A DNA stretch of 64,000 nucleotides from an uncultured Gammaproteobacteria bacterium (GTDB lineage Bacteria > Patescibacteriota > Microgenomatia > UBA10105 > UBA927): positions 141,897 to 205,896 of the forward strand of contig CAZSTG010000001.1 in assembly GCA_964609895.1 (NCBI GenBank), in the 5' to 3' direction. The notes beneath the pieces were generated by a model. That model made no database searches. It was not told the DNA's origin and worked only from the letters and a program-made list of their open reading frames with translations. The translations under genes and the position numbers were made by a program. Position 1 is the stretch's first letter. Every line of letters starts with the position of its first letter. This document shows, one piece after another, positions 21,056 through 31,283 of the stretch.

Positions 21056-21526
21056 ATGCGTCATACGTATTTTGGAAAAAAGCTATCCCGAACAACCGAC
21101 CAACGTAAACAATTGTTACGGAATTTGGCATGCGATCTAATTAAGCACGGAAGTATCAAAACGACCAAAGCAAAAGCGGTTGCGGTGCGCGCAAAAGTCG
21201 AGAAACTGATTACACGGGCAAAAAAGGCGGATCAGCATGCATACAGACTGGTGCTGTCAGAACTTACACATGCCGATGCGGCAAAGCAATTGATGGAAGA
21301 TGCAAAAACACGGTTTTCCGGAAGAACAAGCGGATATATTCGAATCCTTCGGTACGGAATGGTTGGAAGCGACGCACGTGATCTTGTGCAGATTTCATTT
21401 GTCGACCCAAAAATTGTCGCTGAAGTGATTAAGCCAGAAGGTAAGAAAGAAGAGGCAAAGAAAGAAGTAAAAACAACGGAAACAAAAAAAGAATCAAAGC
21501 CTACAAAAGCAAAAAAAACTAAGTAA
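21056..21526 (+). CDS. rplQ: 50S ribosomal protein L17 (with K/E-rich C-terminal tail)
   Basis: MRHTYFGKKLSRTTDQRKQLLRNLA... L17. Confidence 0.92.
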   Translation: MRHTYFGKKLSRTTDQRKQLLRNLACDLIKHGSIKTTKAKAVAVRAKVEKLITRAKKADQHAYRLVLSELTHADAAKQLMEDAKTRFSGRTSGYIRILRYGMVGSDARDLVQISFVDPKIVAEVIKPEGKKEEAKKEVKTTETKKESKPTKAKKTK

Positions 21527-21534
21527 AAAAGACT

Positions 21535-21960
21535 ATGAGAACACAATTTACACAGGCAACAAAGAAAAAAGAAATTACGAGAGCTTGGCATCTTGTGGAT
21601 GTGAAAGGAAAAGTGTTGGGACATGTGGCAACAGAGATTGCCGTGAAACTGTTGGGTAAAAACAAACCAAACTATACACCAAGCTTGGATTGCGGAGATT
21701 ATGTTGTAGTGACAAATTGTAAACTTGTGGAAGTGACGGGCAAGAAAGAAAAGAAAAAGATGTACGGTAACTTTTCGGGATATCCAGGCGGCTTGAAGGA
21801 AAAAGCGCTGTGGCAGATGCGGAAAGAAAAACCGACCGAAATTATCCGTCACGCAGTCTGGGGTATGCTGCCGAAGAACAAACTTCGGGACAGAATTATC
21901 ACCCGTTTATTTTTGTTTGCAGATGAACATCACACATATCAAAAAAATATCGTAGGATAA
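21535..21960 (+). CDS. rplM: 50S ribosomal protein L13
   Basis: ...ITRAWHLVDVKGKVLGHVATEIA... L13. Confidence 0.93.
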   Translation: MRTQFTQATKKKEITRAWHLVDVKGKVLGHVATEIAVKLLGKNKPNYTPSLDCGDYVVVTNCKLVEVTGKKEKKKMYGNFSGYPGGLKEKALWQMRKEKPTEIIRHAVWGMLPKNKLRDRIITRLFLFADEHHTYQKNIVG

Positions 21961-21963
21961 CGT

Positions 21964-22422
21964 ATGGAAAAAACAACAAAATCAGAACAAGTTTCTTATT
22001 ACGAAGCAGTTGGTCGAAGAAAGACGTCAAGTGCACGTGTCCGTATGCATGTTGTCAAAGACGATAAGGTGACGATTGCAGGAAAAGAAATGGAAAAAGG
22101 ACAGATAACGGTAAACGGCCGTGCTATTGAACAGTATTTTCCGGGGGAAGTGTTAAAGAAAATGTACATGGAACCGTTCAGAACGACAAACACAATGAAC
22201 CGGTTTGCCATAACCATTACTACCTCAGGTGGCGGACTGTACAGCCAGCTTGGCGCGGTGATTCATGCATTGTCACGTGCGCTTGAAAAAGTCGACAAGG
22301 AAAAGTTTCGGCCGATTCTCAAAAAACGCGGATTCATGAAACGCGATCCCCGTGCAAAACAACGCCGGAAGGCAGGATTTGCAGGAAAAGCCCGTGCACG
22401 AAAACAAAGCCCGAAGCGGTAA
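21964..22422 (+). CDS. rpsI: 30S ribosomal protein S9
   Basis: ...YYEAVGRRKTSSARVRM...KQRRKAGFAGKARARKQSPKR S9 C-terminus. Confidence 0.93.
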   Translation: MEKTTKSEQVSYYEAVGRRKTSSARVRMHVVKDDKVTIAGKEMEKGQITVNGRAIEQYFPGEVLKKMYMEPFRTTNTMNRFAITITTSGGGLYSQLGAVIHALSRALEKVDKEKFRPILKKRGFMKRDPRAKQRRKAGFAGKARARKQSPKR

Positions 22423-22502
22423 GGCCGCAGTCCCGAACCGAGCTTTACTCTGGTTCTGGGATAGTCTCCAAAACGGTACATCCACTCCTGTGTCTTTGTA
22501 TC

Positions 22503-23507
22503 TCAGGAATCAAGAACACGCTGATAGGCCGTGCTGGCAATTGTTTCTATAAATTGACCATAGGTCCATTTCAGCGTATAGACAGAAGCGAGTGTGGCAT
22601 CCTCAGGATCATAGTAATTCAGGCTCGGATTCATGTTGACATCAATAACATAGGGAATACCCTTGGCATCTATTCGGAAATCAAATCTGGCAACATCTCT
22701 GCAATGGAACGCCTGATATGCCCGTGTTGCAATATTTTGAATTTTTTCATGGAGAGAGGCAGATATTTTTGCGGGGGAATCAATATGTGCATTCCAGTAC
22801 TCCCATGATTTTTTATCCCATTTCGCCTCATAGGTATAAATATTCCATTTCTTTTTTGATTTTTTTCCGAATCCGATTTCACAATAAGGCAGGGTTATGA
22901 TATTGCCGTCATTGCCCAGTACCGTAACATGAATTTCTCTCCCTTTAATAAATTTTTCCACAACGACTTCCCCCGGAAAATGATCAAATACATACTGCAC
23001 CCGTTCTTTCAGTTCTTCCATTGTGTTGACAACCGACGCTTGAGAAATGCCAATGCCCGCATGCTGATTGGATGGTTTGACGATAAGCGGATAGGTAAGT
23101 GTTCCTGCAAGGATTTTTGACCGGCGGTTGAATATTCTGTACGGCGCCGTACTGATGTGCTCTTCCGTCATTTTCCGCTTTACGCAGGCTTTGCTGATTG
23201 CATAGCGGAAGCTCAACATGTCATGTCCGACCTGTGCCCGCTTGAGTTTTTCTAACCTATGACCGACACGTTTGTATAAATTCCATGTATCATCTTCAAC
23301 GAGATTAAACACGACGTCGCCCGGAAGTTTTGTTGCACGTTTCCAGTTTTTTTCAGTGACAGCAATTTTTTTAACGACATGTTTTCGTTTTCGTAATGCT
23401 TCAGCAATTCCTTTTGCACAAAGTCGCGTATCTTCATCATCATGGTTTTTTCCTTTGTGATAGAGAATAAGCGCAGAAAGAGATGTACGAAATGAAATTG
23501 GTTTCAT
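22503..23507 (-). CDS. ATP-grasp enzyme of the D-alanine--D-alanine ligase family (Ddl-like)
   Basis: 334 aa. Motifs ...YPLIVKPSNQHAGIGIS..., ...REIHVTVLGNDGN..., ...ARFDFRIDAKGIPYVIDVNMNPSL... resemble the Ddl C-terminal ATP-grasp domain. Confidence 0.6.
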   Translation of the reverse strand: MKPISFRTSLSALILYHKGKNHDDEDTRLCAKGIAEALRKRKHVVKKIAVTEKNWKRATKLPGDVVFNLVEDDTWNLYKRVGHRLEKLKRAQVGHDMLSFRYAISKACVKRKMTEEHISTAPYRIFNRRSKILAGTLTYPLIVKPSNQHAGIGISQASVVNTMEELKERVQYVFDHFPGEVVVEKFIKGREIHVTVLGNDGNIITLPYCEIGFGKKSKKKWNIYTYEAKWDKKSWEYWNAHIDSPAKISASLHEKIQNIATRAYQAFHCRDVARFDFRIDAKGIPYVIDVNMNPSLNYYDPEDATLASVYTLKWTYGQFIETIASTAYQRVLDS

Positions 23508-23590
23508 GAGAACAAAAATTTATTTGGGGCAGAAAACAGAAATAAAAATGTAATTAATTTTAGTATAAGGAATACAAGAGAAAAGTACAA

Positions 23591-24220
23591 TTATGCAATT
23601 TTTACAATCACGTTTGGAAGATCGTCAAAAGACGTGATGGTTGCGTCCGCATCAGGATAAAATTTTTCAGAGAGCATGATGATTTTTGTTCCCGCAGCAC
23701 GGGCAGCGAGAAGATCCGCTTGCTGATCGCCGACATATAGTGTTTCTTCCGGTACAATTTTTAATTGATTGATTGCATGGAGTAGTGGTTCAGGATGTGG
23801 TTTATGTTTTTCTGTATCTTCAAAAGAAACAACAACAGAAAAATATTTTTCTAGAGGTGCAAGCTGTGGAAGTTGAAATACACCTCCTTTAATGCGACTG
23901 GTTACAATTCCCAGCGTATGTGTTTTATGTAATGTTTCAATCACTGACACAAGAGAATCGGGTGTTCTGATCAGATCATATGGATACAGGCTTTCCCGTT
24001 GTTTTCCCATATGCATTAACCGTTCAATTTCTTTTTGGTCAGTGGTTCCTGTTACTGTTTGTATGACACCAAGCATTGTCATCTGATACATATCTGTATA
24101 TGCTTCACGTGTCGGCGGAGTGTATCCTGCCTTGATAAATAATCTGCGGAAGAATTCGAAGTTTGCGTCAAATGAATAAATCAGAACTCCATCAACATCA
24201 AAAAGAATTGTTTTCATCAT
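23591..24220 (-). CDS. HAD-superfamily hydrolase (phosphatase / beta-phosphoglucomutase-like)
   Basis: Starts MMKTILFDVDGVLI (DxDG motif I). ...IVTSR... motif II. ...YVGDQQADLLAARAAG... motif IV. ORF-track form extended to 24277 runs into the tRNA and is rejected. Confidence 0.75.
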   Translation of the reverse strand: MMKTILFDVDGVLIYSFDANFEFFRRLFIKAGYTPPTREAYTDMYQMTMLGVIQTVTGTTDQKEIERLMHMGKQRESLYPYDLIRTPDSLVSVIETLHKTHTLGIVTSRIKGGVFQLPQLAPLEKYFSVVVSFEDTEKHKPHPEPLLHAINQLKIVPEETLYVGDQQADLLAARAAGTKIIMLSEKFYPDADATITSFDDLPNVIVKIA

Positions 24221-24235
24221 GACGTCTTGTGTCAG

Positions 24236-24309
24236 TCGGGGTGACTCGACTTGAACGAGCAACCTCTCGCACCCCATGCGAGTGCGCTAGCCAATTGCGC
24301 CACACCCCG
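24236..24309 (-). tRNA. tRNA-Pro (anticodon GGG)
   Basis: Hand-folded from the reverse complement. 7-bp acceptor stem with C1:G72 and A73 (Pro identity elements). D-stem GCGC/GCGC with GG in the loop. Anticodon stem CTCGC/GCGAG with loop ATGGGGT (G37). T-arm GCTCG-TTCAAGT-CGAGT. No encoded CCA. Confidence 0.8.
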
Positions 24310-24407
24310 TGTGATATATTGTATTCTACCACCCGCTGTGCAAAAATGGTATGAAGCTTCCAGTCATTATCATTTACTAATTTCTGCCCGAAATAAAGGA
24401 GTCACAT

Positions 24408-25442
24408 ATGCCAATAGATGCCAAACTTCAAGCAGTTCGTCTTGCTATGGATCAGATCGAAAAACAATATGGAAAAGGTTCCATTATGCGGTTTGGGGAA
24501 AAATCCTCGGATAAACTTGCACTCGATGTTATTTCAACAGGAATTCTTCCGCTCGATTTGGCACTCGGCGTTGGGGGTATACCGCGGGGAAGAATTGTCG
24601 AGATTTACGGACCGGAGGCGTCGGGAAAAACAACCGCATGTTTATCCGTCATTGCCGAAGCGCAAAAAGCGGGGGGAACGGCGGCGTTTATTGATGCGGA
24701 ACATGCACTTGATCCGCAATGGGCGCAGACGTTGGGAGTGAAACTGGAAGACCTCTTGATTTCCCAACCGGATTCAGGAGAACAGGCTCTTGAAATCGCC
24801 GAAACATTAATTCGGAGTGGAGGCATCGACGTTATCGTGGTTGATTCGGTTGCGGCACTGGTGCCGCGGGCGGAGCTGGAGGGTGATATCGGTGACAGTA
24901 TGATCGGTGTACAGGCGCGGCTTATGTCGCAGGCACTCCGCAGACTGACTGCAGTTATTTCCAAATCAAAAGCAGTCGTCATGTTTACAAATCAGCTGCG
25001 TCAGAAAATCGGTGTGATGTTCGGTAATCCGGAAACAACTCCAGGAGGACTGGCGATGAAATTCTACGCATCTATCCGTCTGGATTCCAGAAAAATAGAA
25101 TCGTTAAAAGATGGCGATAAAGTAATCGGTTCAAGGCACCGGATTCGTGTTGTAAAAAATAAAGTGGCTCCGCCGTTTCGCATTGCGGAATTTGATGTCA
25201 TGCACGACGGTGTGTCCAAGGAAGGGGCGCTCATTGATGTCGGTATTGAATTTGCCATTCTGACGAAATCCGGAGCATTTATCAAACATGGTGCGCAGAT
25301 GCTCGGACAGGGAAAAGAAGCGGCAAAAATTTTCCTCAGGGAAAATCCGAAAATTGCCAAAGAAATCAGTGAGGCGATTTGGAAAGTTGTCCGATCCGGT
25401 TCCGTACAGGCCAAGGTAGTGGTTGGCAGTGAGGAAGAATAA
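24408..25442 (+). CDS. recA: recombinase RecA
   Basis: 344 aa. ...[16 protein letters not shown]... Walker A plus canonical RecA core. Confidence 0.97.
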   Translation: MPIDAKLQAVRLAMDQIEKQYGKGSIMRFGEKSSDKLALDVISTGILPLDLALGVGGIPRGRIVEIYGPEASGKTTACLSVIAEAQKAGGTAAFIDAEHALDPQWAQTLGVKLEDLLISQPDSGEQALEIAETLIRSGGIDVIVVDSVAALVPRAELEGDIGDSMIGVQARLMSQALRRLTAVISKSKAVVMFTNQLRQKIGVMFGNPETTPGGLAMKFYASIRLDSRKIESLKDGDKVIGSRHRIRVVKNKVAPPFRIAEFDVMHDGVSKEGALIDVGIEFAILTKSGAFIKHGAQMLGQGKEAAKIFLRENPKIAKEISEAIWKVVRSGSVQAKVVVGSEEE

Positions 25443-25457
25443 TTTCGTTGAAATCTC

Positions 25458-25946
25458 ATGGAGGATGAAAAACTTCAAAAGCTCATAGGAGCGGCAATTG
25501 CGTATGTTTCGATCCACCCGAGAAGCGCGGCGGAAATCCGTGCCTATTTGGACAGGCGCTCGCTTCGGTTTCATATATCCGAAACAGCCGTTACAGAGGC
25601 ATTGGAGCGCCTTATTTCCCTTGGTTTGGTAGATGACAGGGCATACGCGAAAATGTTCGTGGAAAGCCGTATCCGGAGCCGTCCCAAGGGAGAACGCAGC
25701 ATCCGGATGGAATTGAAAACAAAAGGTGTTCAACAAGAGATTATTGACTCGGTTTGTGGAGAATATTTTACTTCGGATGGTACAGAATCCAGCGAACTCG
25801 TCTTAGCTCGATCGGCTTTGGAGAAAAAATGGCGTCAATGGCATACGTTGCCCGTTCGTGTATTGAAGCAAAAAGTATACCGGTTTCTGGCATCCCGCGG
25901 TTTTTCCAACAGTACTATATATAAAATCATTGACGAACGGGTCTAG
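25458..25946 (+). CDS. recX: RecA regulator RecX
   Basis: 162 aa, helical-repeat RecX-like, immediately downstream of recA. Confidence 0.75.
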   Translation: MEDEKLQKLIGAAIAYVSIHPRSAAEIRAYLDRRSLRFHISETAVTEALERLISLGLVDDRAYAKMFVESRIRSRPKGERSIRMELKTKGVQQEIIDSVCGEYFTSDGTESSELVLARSALEKKWRQWHTLPVRVLKQKVYRFLASRGFSNSTIYKIIDERV

Positions 25947-26178
25947 ATTCATTACAATAAGGAACAATTGAAGAGACAGAAGACGTACGGAAGTAAGGTC
26001 TTTTCAAAACTATCAGAAGAAGACTAGCAGTATAGAATACGTAGGACTATGACAACCATACAAGTACTTTTATCTCCTACACAGTCAGCCGCCTAACACA
26101 AGGCGCTTCTTTTGGTGGTTTTTATACGGAGAATATCCCTGATACGTCTTCAGACAAAAAACAGAATTTGGAGGGCAT

Positions 26179-27744
26179 ATGTTTGATGTACTAAAAACTT
26201 TATCAACACTCGTAAAAACAAAACCTACGGTTGCAGCAAAACAGCCGGTGAAAAAACAGATGGCAAACGAACCTGTCAAAACGCAGGCGGCACAACAACC
26301 ACAAGCTGCAAAAGATGGAAAAAAAGACGTACCGGTGACACAACAAGCAAAAGCCGAGTTGCAGCAGGCGGCGGCACAAGCACAGGCGCAGGTTGCAATG
26401 GCGACAGCACAGGCGAGAGAATTAATTGTTGAGGCCAAAGACGAAGCATACAGAATTAAACGGGAGTCGGAAGAAGAAGTGCGAAAACGACTTGATGCGG
26501 CGGGGAAACGGGAAGGGGCAGTGGAAGAGCGGGAAAAGCATATTGCAGATGTGGAACGTACCGTACAAAAACGGCTTACAGATGTTGAGGCAATCCGGAC
26601 AGAACTGAATGCAAAATTAGAAAAAACCGCGCGCATGACGAGTGAAGAAGCGCGGAAGCTAGTATTGGATCAGGCACAGGAAAAAATGAAGCCGCTTATC
26701 GCGAAAGAAATTAAGGAAGCATATATCAAGGCGGAGGAAGAGTCAGAACTCAAAGCGCGTGAAATTCTGGTTGACGCGATGCGACATGGTGCAACGGAAT
26801 ATGTTGCGGAATTTACCGTATCCGTTATCAAGATTGCTGATGAGGATATAAAGGGACGGATTATCGGAAAAGAAGGACGCAACATCCGTGCATTCGAAAC
26901 GGCAACAGGTGTGGATGTGGATCTTGATGAAGAAGGGGTCATCAGGCTTTCCTGTTTTGATCCGGTTCGGCGCGAAATTGCGCGCGTTGCATTAGAACGT
27001 CTTTTGAAAGACGGACGGGTGCAGCCAGGACGGATAGAGGAAATCATCGAGCAGGTGAAAAAGGAAATTGAACGTATCATGTTTGAAGAAGGACAAAAAT
27101 TGTGTCACGCGGTTGGCGTGTATAATCTGCCTTCACCGATTGTTGCGATGCTCGGCCGGTTTAAATACCGGTTTTCCTACGGACAAAACATGATTGCACA
27201 CACATTGGAGGAAACAAAAATCGGTATCGCACTTGCAAAAGAAGTGGGAGCCGACGCGAATATTGTCCGTCTCGGATGTTTACTTCACGATATCGGGAAG
27301 GTCATTAATGACAAAGAAGGAAGTCATGTGGAATTGGGTGTCGAGTTGTGTAAAAAATATGGTCTTCCGCCCGCGGTGATTGCTTGTGTGGCGCAGCATC
27401 ATGAAGACACGCCGTTTACGAGCGCTGAATCTATGCTCACCTACATTGCCGATGCTATATCAGGAAGCCGTCCTGGAGCACGGTATGAGAATTATGATGA
27501 ATATATCAAGAGACTGAAGGATCTGGAGGATATTGCAAAAGCACACGAAGGAGTAAAAGAGGTGTTTGCATTTCAAGCAGGACGTGAACTTCGTGTTGCT
27601 GTTGATCCAGGAAAAGTGGATGATGATACAGCGACAATCATTGCACAGAAGATTAAAGAAGAAATTGAAGACAAGATCACTTTTCCGGGACAAATCAAAG
27701 TGACGGTAGTTCGGGAATTACGTGCTACAGAAATAGCCCACTGA
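26179..27744 (+). CDS. rny: ribonuclease Y (Q/A-rich N-terminal region, KH domain, HD domain)
   Basis: KH (...IIGKEGRNIRAFETATGVDV...) and HD (...LLHDIGKV...) domains. GGAGG SD upstream of ATG 26179. Antisense ORF 26085..26636 is spurious. Confidence 0.9.
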   Translation: MFDVLKTLSTLVKTKPTVAAKQPVKKQMANEPVKTQAAQQPQAAKDGKKDVPVTQQAKAELQQAAAQAQAQVAMATAQARELIVEAKDEAYRIKRESEEEVRKRLDAAGKREGAVEEREKHIADVERTVQKRLTDVEAIRTELNAKLEKTARMTSEEARKLVLDQAQEKMKPLIAKEIKEAYIKAEEESELKAREILVDAMRHGATEYVAEFTVSVIKIADEDIKGRIIGKEGRNIRAFETATGVDVDLDEEGVIRLSCFDPVRREIARVALERLLKDGRVQPGRIEEIIEQVKKEIERIMFEEGQKLCHAVGVYNLPSPIVAMLGRFKYRFSYGQNMIAHTLEETKIGIALAKEVGADANIVRLGCLLHDIGKVINDKEGSHVELGVELCKKYGLPPAVIACVAQHHEDTPFTSAESMLTYIADAISGSRPGARYENYDEYIKRLKDLEDIAKAHEGVKEVFAFQAGRELRVAVDPGKVDDDTATIIAQKIKEEIEDKITFPGQIKVTVVRELRATEIAH

Positions 27745-27973
27745 TATTTTTTGTCGGAAATCGGGAGCAAAAAATCCGGCTGTTTTCGGCGAAAAAAAGT
27801 TTTTCGCGTCATATCGCGTTTTTCATTTAATCCATTACGATTCGGATTGTATTAGTGCGATATATTTTTTGACATCTTGACAGTACAATCCAAATTCCAT
27901 ATCGTGATTCATAGAGATTGTTACAACAATCTGAAAAAATTTGCTGCCCGAGCAGGGAGGTGAAAAAAGAACT

Positions 27974-28246
27974 ATGACAAAAGCAGATTTGGTAGAAATC
28001 GTTGCGAAAAAAGCAAGCCTTACAGCAAAAGCAGCACGTGAATCAGTTGCTGCAGTATTCGGTGCAATGACTGACGCCTTGAAAAAAGGTGACAAAGTCG
28101 TGGTAACAGGATTTGGAACATTCATGATCAGATCCCGAAAAGCACGAACCGGAAGAAATCCGCAAACCGGAAAACCAATCAGTATTCCAGCACGTAAGAC
28201 CCCTGGTTTTACAGCAGGAAAAGCATTGAAAAAAGCTGTTCGGTAA
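27974..28246 (+). CDS. hup: DNA-binding protein HU
   Basis: MTKADLVEIVAKKASLT...GFGTF...RKARTGRNPQTGKPI. ATG 27974 with GGGAGGTG SD. Confidence 0.93.
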   Translation: MTKADLVEIVAKKASLTAKAARESVAAVFGAMTDALKKGDKVVVTGFGTFMIRSRKARTGRNPQTGKPISIPARKTPGFTAGKALKKAVR

Positions 28247-28273
28247 TCACCGAAATATTTTTTCAACTATAGT

Positions 28274-28333
28274 GGAAAGACTCCTTGCAGTTCTTTATGA
28301 AAATAAAGACCATAAGGAGCTTTCCTTTTTTTT
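28274..28333 (+). terminator. compound hairpin + T8 downstream of hup
   Basis: GGAAAGACTCCTT...AAGGAGCTTTCC inverted repeat enclosing CTTTAT-gaaa-ATAAAG, followed by TTTTTTTT. Confidence 0.5.
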
Positions 28334-28378
28334 GGGTAACATTGATTTATAAAAACACTCCGTGTACACTAATGATGT

Positions 28379-29206
28379 ATGGTAAAAAAAGCATCAAAAA
28401 CCAAAACCAAAATGAATGAAACTGTAGAAGAAAAGATTGAGGAGCTTGCATCAGAGATGCCAAAAAAAGAATCAGCACCGCAGGTAATGCAGGTTGTGGA
28501 GGTTATGGAAGAAGAAGTAGAAATTCCTGAAAAAGCAGAACAGAGAGAAGAATCTGCAGCAGACAATGTTTCTCAGACTGATGCGGCGGAATCCGAAATG
28601 CCGACAGCAGCAGCGGTCAAAACAGAAGAGGAAAAAAAGCAGGAGGTTGTGAGTGAATTTTTTGCAAAAAAGTCCACTCCACCTGCAGACGGAGGATCCG
28701 TTCCTTCATCATTCGGATATCCCGATATCAGCGTCCATAAAAAATCACCTGTTTCCGGAGTAGTATTGTGGGCACTTGGGATTATTCTTCTGGTTGTTGT
28801 GATCGGCGCCGTTATTATTGCCGCCAGCCGTGGATCGGTGACCATCCCAGTGCTTCAGGCAAAACCGACTCCAACACCGACTATGCAACCTACACCGACC
28901 GTAGCACCGACGCCCGTTATTGACAAAACAACCCTGAAAATTCAGGTGTTAAATGGATCTGGAACCGCAGGCGAGGCGGGAAAAATGAAAACCTTGCTTG
29001 AAGAAAAAGGATATACCGTTGTTGGAACCGGTAATGCAAAAACCTACGACTATGATCAGACTGAGCTTCAATCAACCAGTGCTGAGGAGGCAGTCTTAGG
29101 AATCTTATCGACTGATCTTGCAGGAACCTACACTGTTGGATCAACGGCAGCAACGTTAAAGGACACCTTGCCATACAATATTCTGGTAATTGTCGGGAAA
29201 GAGTAA
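28379..29206 (+). CDS. membrane-anchored protein with C-terminal LytR_C (LytR/CpsA/Psr C-terminal) domain
   Basis: Acidic N-terminus, one TM helix, P/T linker, then ...LKIQVLNGSGTAGEAGKMKTLLEEKGYTVVGTGNAKTYDY... typical of LytR_C. Confidence 0.65.
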   Translation: MVKKASKTKTKMNETVEEKIEELASEMPKKESAPQVMQVVEVMEEEVEIPEKAEQREESAADNVSQTDAAESEMPTAAAVKTEEEKKQEVVSEFFAKKSTPPADGGSVPSSFGYPDISVHKKSPVSGVVLWALGIILLVVVIGAVIIAASRGSVTIPVLQAKPTPTPTMQPTPTVAPTPVIDKTTLKIQVLNGSGTAGEAGKMKTLLEEKGYTVVGTGNAKTYDYDQTELQSTSAEEAVLGILSTDLAGTYTVGSTAATLKDTLPYNILVIVGKE

Positions 29207-29230
29207 GACAATTCTGCTACAATCGTCTTC

Positions 29231-30388
29231 ATGAAGTATTACCTTTCAGTATTCGGCTGCGCTGCAAACACCGCGGAAAGTGAACGTATTGCCGCATCGT
29301 ATGTGGCCCGTGGATGGCAAGCGGCATCTACGATGAGTGATGCAGATGACGTCATTATTGTTACCTGTATGATCAGGCAGTCAGCAGAAGATAGAGTGAC
29401 AGGACTCCTTAGAAATTTAGGTGTTGAAAAAAAGGCGGGAAGAAAAGTGAAAATAATTGTGACCGGTTGCATGACGGGACTTGCCATACGAGATACTTCA
29501 GGAAAAATAATGGCAGGGTACAAGAAGAAGTATCCAATGGTCGATGAATTTTTAGCAATTGAGGAAGTTGGTTTTACAAATGTTCAGCTCAGGTCTGATC
29601 CAAAACATGCACTCGTTTTGATAAGCAACGGGTGCAATAATTTTTGTTCATACTGTGTTGTTCCATTTGCACGTGGGGCTGAAGTATCACGACCGATGGA
29701 AGAAGTTATCAAAGAGTGTGAACAACTTGTTCGTGATGGAGTGACGGCAATTACTCTTGTTGGACAAAATGTAAATTCTTATGGTTCAGATTTGGTGAAG
29801 GATAAAAAAGTGAAGGATGCACAGGGAAATGTGATTGCGCCGGTTTTTGTAAAACATCTAGGGAAAATGAGAATTCCTACGCTATTCCCTCATTTGTTAT
29901 CTGAAATTGCATTAATCAGTCCATCGACGTCAGTTGATTTTATTTCGAGTAATCCGTGGGATTTTTCCGACGAGTTGATTGCCGTGATTGCAAAAAACAA
30001 AAATATTAGGAGGCTCATACACCTGCCTGTACAGTCGGGGGATGCGACAGTTCTTAAAAAGATGAACAGGTGGTATACCCCCGCGGGATATATCCGGCTC
30101 ATAAATAAAATCAGGAAACATGTTCCTGATGTGCAATTTTCCACGGATATCATTGTCGGATTTCCGGGGGAAACGGTGAAACAATTTGAGAACACTGTCT
30201 CTTTGTGTCAGGCGGTCGGTTTTGCAAAAGCGTATATTTCGATTTATTCTGATCGACCTTCAACGTTTGCGCATAACAAATTAGGAGATACGATTCCATA
30301 CGCAGAGAAAAAACGACGGTGGGAACGATTGGATGAAATTATCAATAAAACAAATATCAGGAAAGGAACGTATCCGCTCTATGAATAA
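29231..30388 (+). CDS. miaB: radical-SAM methylthiotransferase, MiaB family (tRNA i6A37 methylthiolation)
   Basis: MTTase N-domain cysteines plus GCNNFCSYCVVPFARG radical-SAM motif. Directly upstream of, and overlapping, miaA. Confidence 0.8.
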   Translation: MKYYLSVFGCAANTAESERIAASYVARGWQAASTMSDADDVIIVTCMIRQSAEDRVTGLLRNLGVEKKAGRKVKIIVTGCMTGLAIRDTSGKIMAGYKKKYPMVDEFLAIEEVGFTNVQLRSDPKHALVLISNGCNNFCSYCVVPFARGAEVSRPMEEVIKECEQLVRDGVTAITLVGQNVNSYGSDLVKDKKVKDAQGNVIAPVFVKHLGKMRIPTLFPHLLSEIALISPSTSVDFISSNPWDFSDELIAVIAKNKNIRRLIHLPVQSGDATVLKKMNRWYTPAGYIRLINKIRKHVPDVQFSTDIIVGFPGETVKQFENTVSLCQAVGFAKAYISIYSDRPSTFAHNKLGDTIPYAEKKRRWERLDEIINKTNIRKGTYPLYE

Positions 30389-31283
30389 GGCGCTTTTCAT
30401 TGTTGGTCCTACAGCAACAGGGAAAACCGCATGCGCAGTCGCGCTTGCAAAAAAATATAATGGAGAATTAATTTCGGCAGATTCAAGGCAGGTGTATCGA
30501 GGAATGGATATTGGCACGGGAAAAGACAAAGAGATCTTAGAAGGCATTCCGATGCATATGTATGATGTTGTTCGTCCTGACGAGCCGTTTAATATATCTT
30601 TGTATCAAACGAAAGCTCGTGCGTGTATTGCAGATTGTTTCAAACGAAATACGTTGCCGATTATTGTCGGTGGTTCCGGTCTCTATGTTCATGTATTACT
30701 TCATCCGTTAACCGTGCATGTTGAACCGAATGAGACATTACGGAGTGAGCTTTCTATGCAATCAAAGGAAGCATTGCAGAAAAAATTGCAGGTCGTTGGT
30801 AAAGAATATTGGGAAGCGCTGAACGCGTCTGATAGAGAAAATCCACGACGGCTCATCAGAAAAATTGAGATTGCGCTCGGAAATAAAAAAGAAACCAAAC
30901 AAGAACAGTGTCCATATGATGTATTACAAATTGGATTGCGATTACCTATTGATACATTGTACGCGCGTATTGACAAGCGTGTCGAAAAGCGAGTATCACA
31001 GGGGGTGACAAGTGAAATACAAACATTACTTGATCATGGATATGGATGGGATTTGCCATCGATGAGTAGTCTTGGATACAGGCAGTGGAAACCGTATTTT
31101 GATGGACTTGCGGACAAAACGTCAGTTATCCAAAGGTGGAAATATGATGAGCATGCGTATGCGAGGCGTCAGATGACATGGTTTCGGAAAGATAAAACCA
31201 TTCATTGGTTTGAAAGAGGTGCTACAGGGGTAGAGCAGGAAATAGAGTCACTCGTTCGTTCATGGTATACTAGGGAAGTATGA
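30381..31283 (+). CDS. miaA: tRNA dimethylallyltransferase
   Basis: MNKALFIVGPTATGKTA...SADSRQVYRGMDIGT... ATG 30381 overlaps the miaB end by 8 nt. Confidence 0.9.
   Translation: MNKALFIVGPTATGKTACAVALAKKYNGELISADSRQVYRGMDIGTGKDKEILEGIPMHMYDVVRPDEPFNISLYQTKARACIADCFKRNTLPIIVGGSGLYVHVLLHPLTVHVEPNETLRSELSMQSKEALQKKLQVVGKEYWEALNASDRENPRRLIRKIEIALGNKKETKQEQCPYDVLQIGLRLPIDTLYARIDKRVEKRVSQGVTSEIQTLLDHGYGWDLPSMSSLGYRQWKPYFDGLADKTSVIQRWKYDEHAYARRQMTWFRKDKTIHWFERGATGVEQEIESLVRSWYTREV

Noticed and set aside
24251-24514. 87-aa + ORF and the long form of the HAD ORF (to 24277)
   Set aside because: Both run through tRNA-Pro (24236-24309). HAD has a proper DxDG start at 24220, and the + ORF overlaps the recA start.
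26085-26636. 183-aa minus ORF (A/C/S-rich)
   Set aside because: Antisense of the Q/A-rich N-terminus of RNase Y. Compositional artefact.
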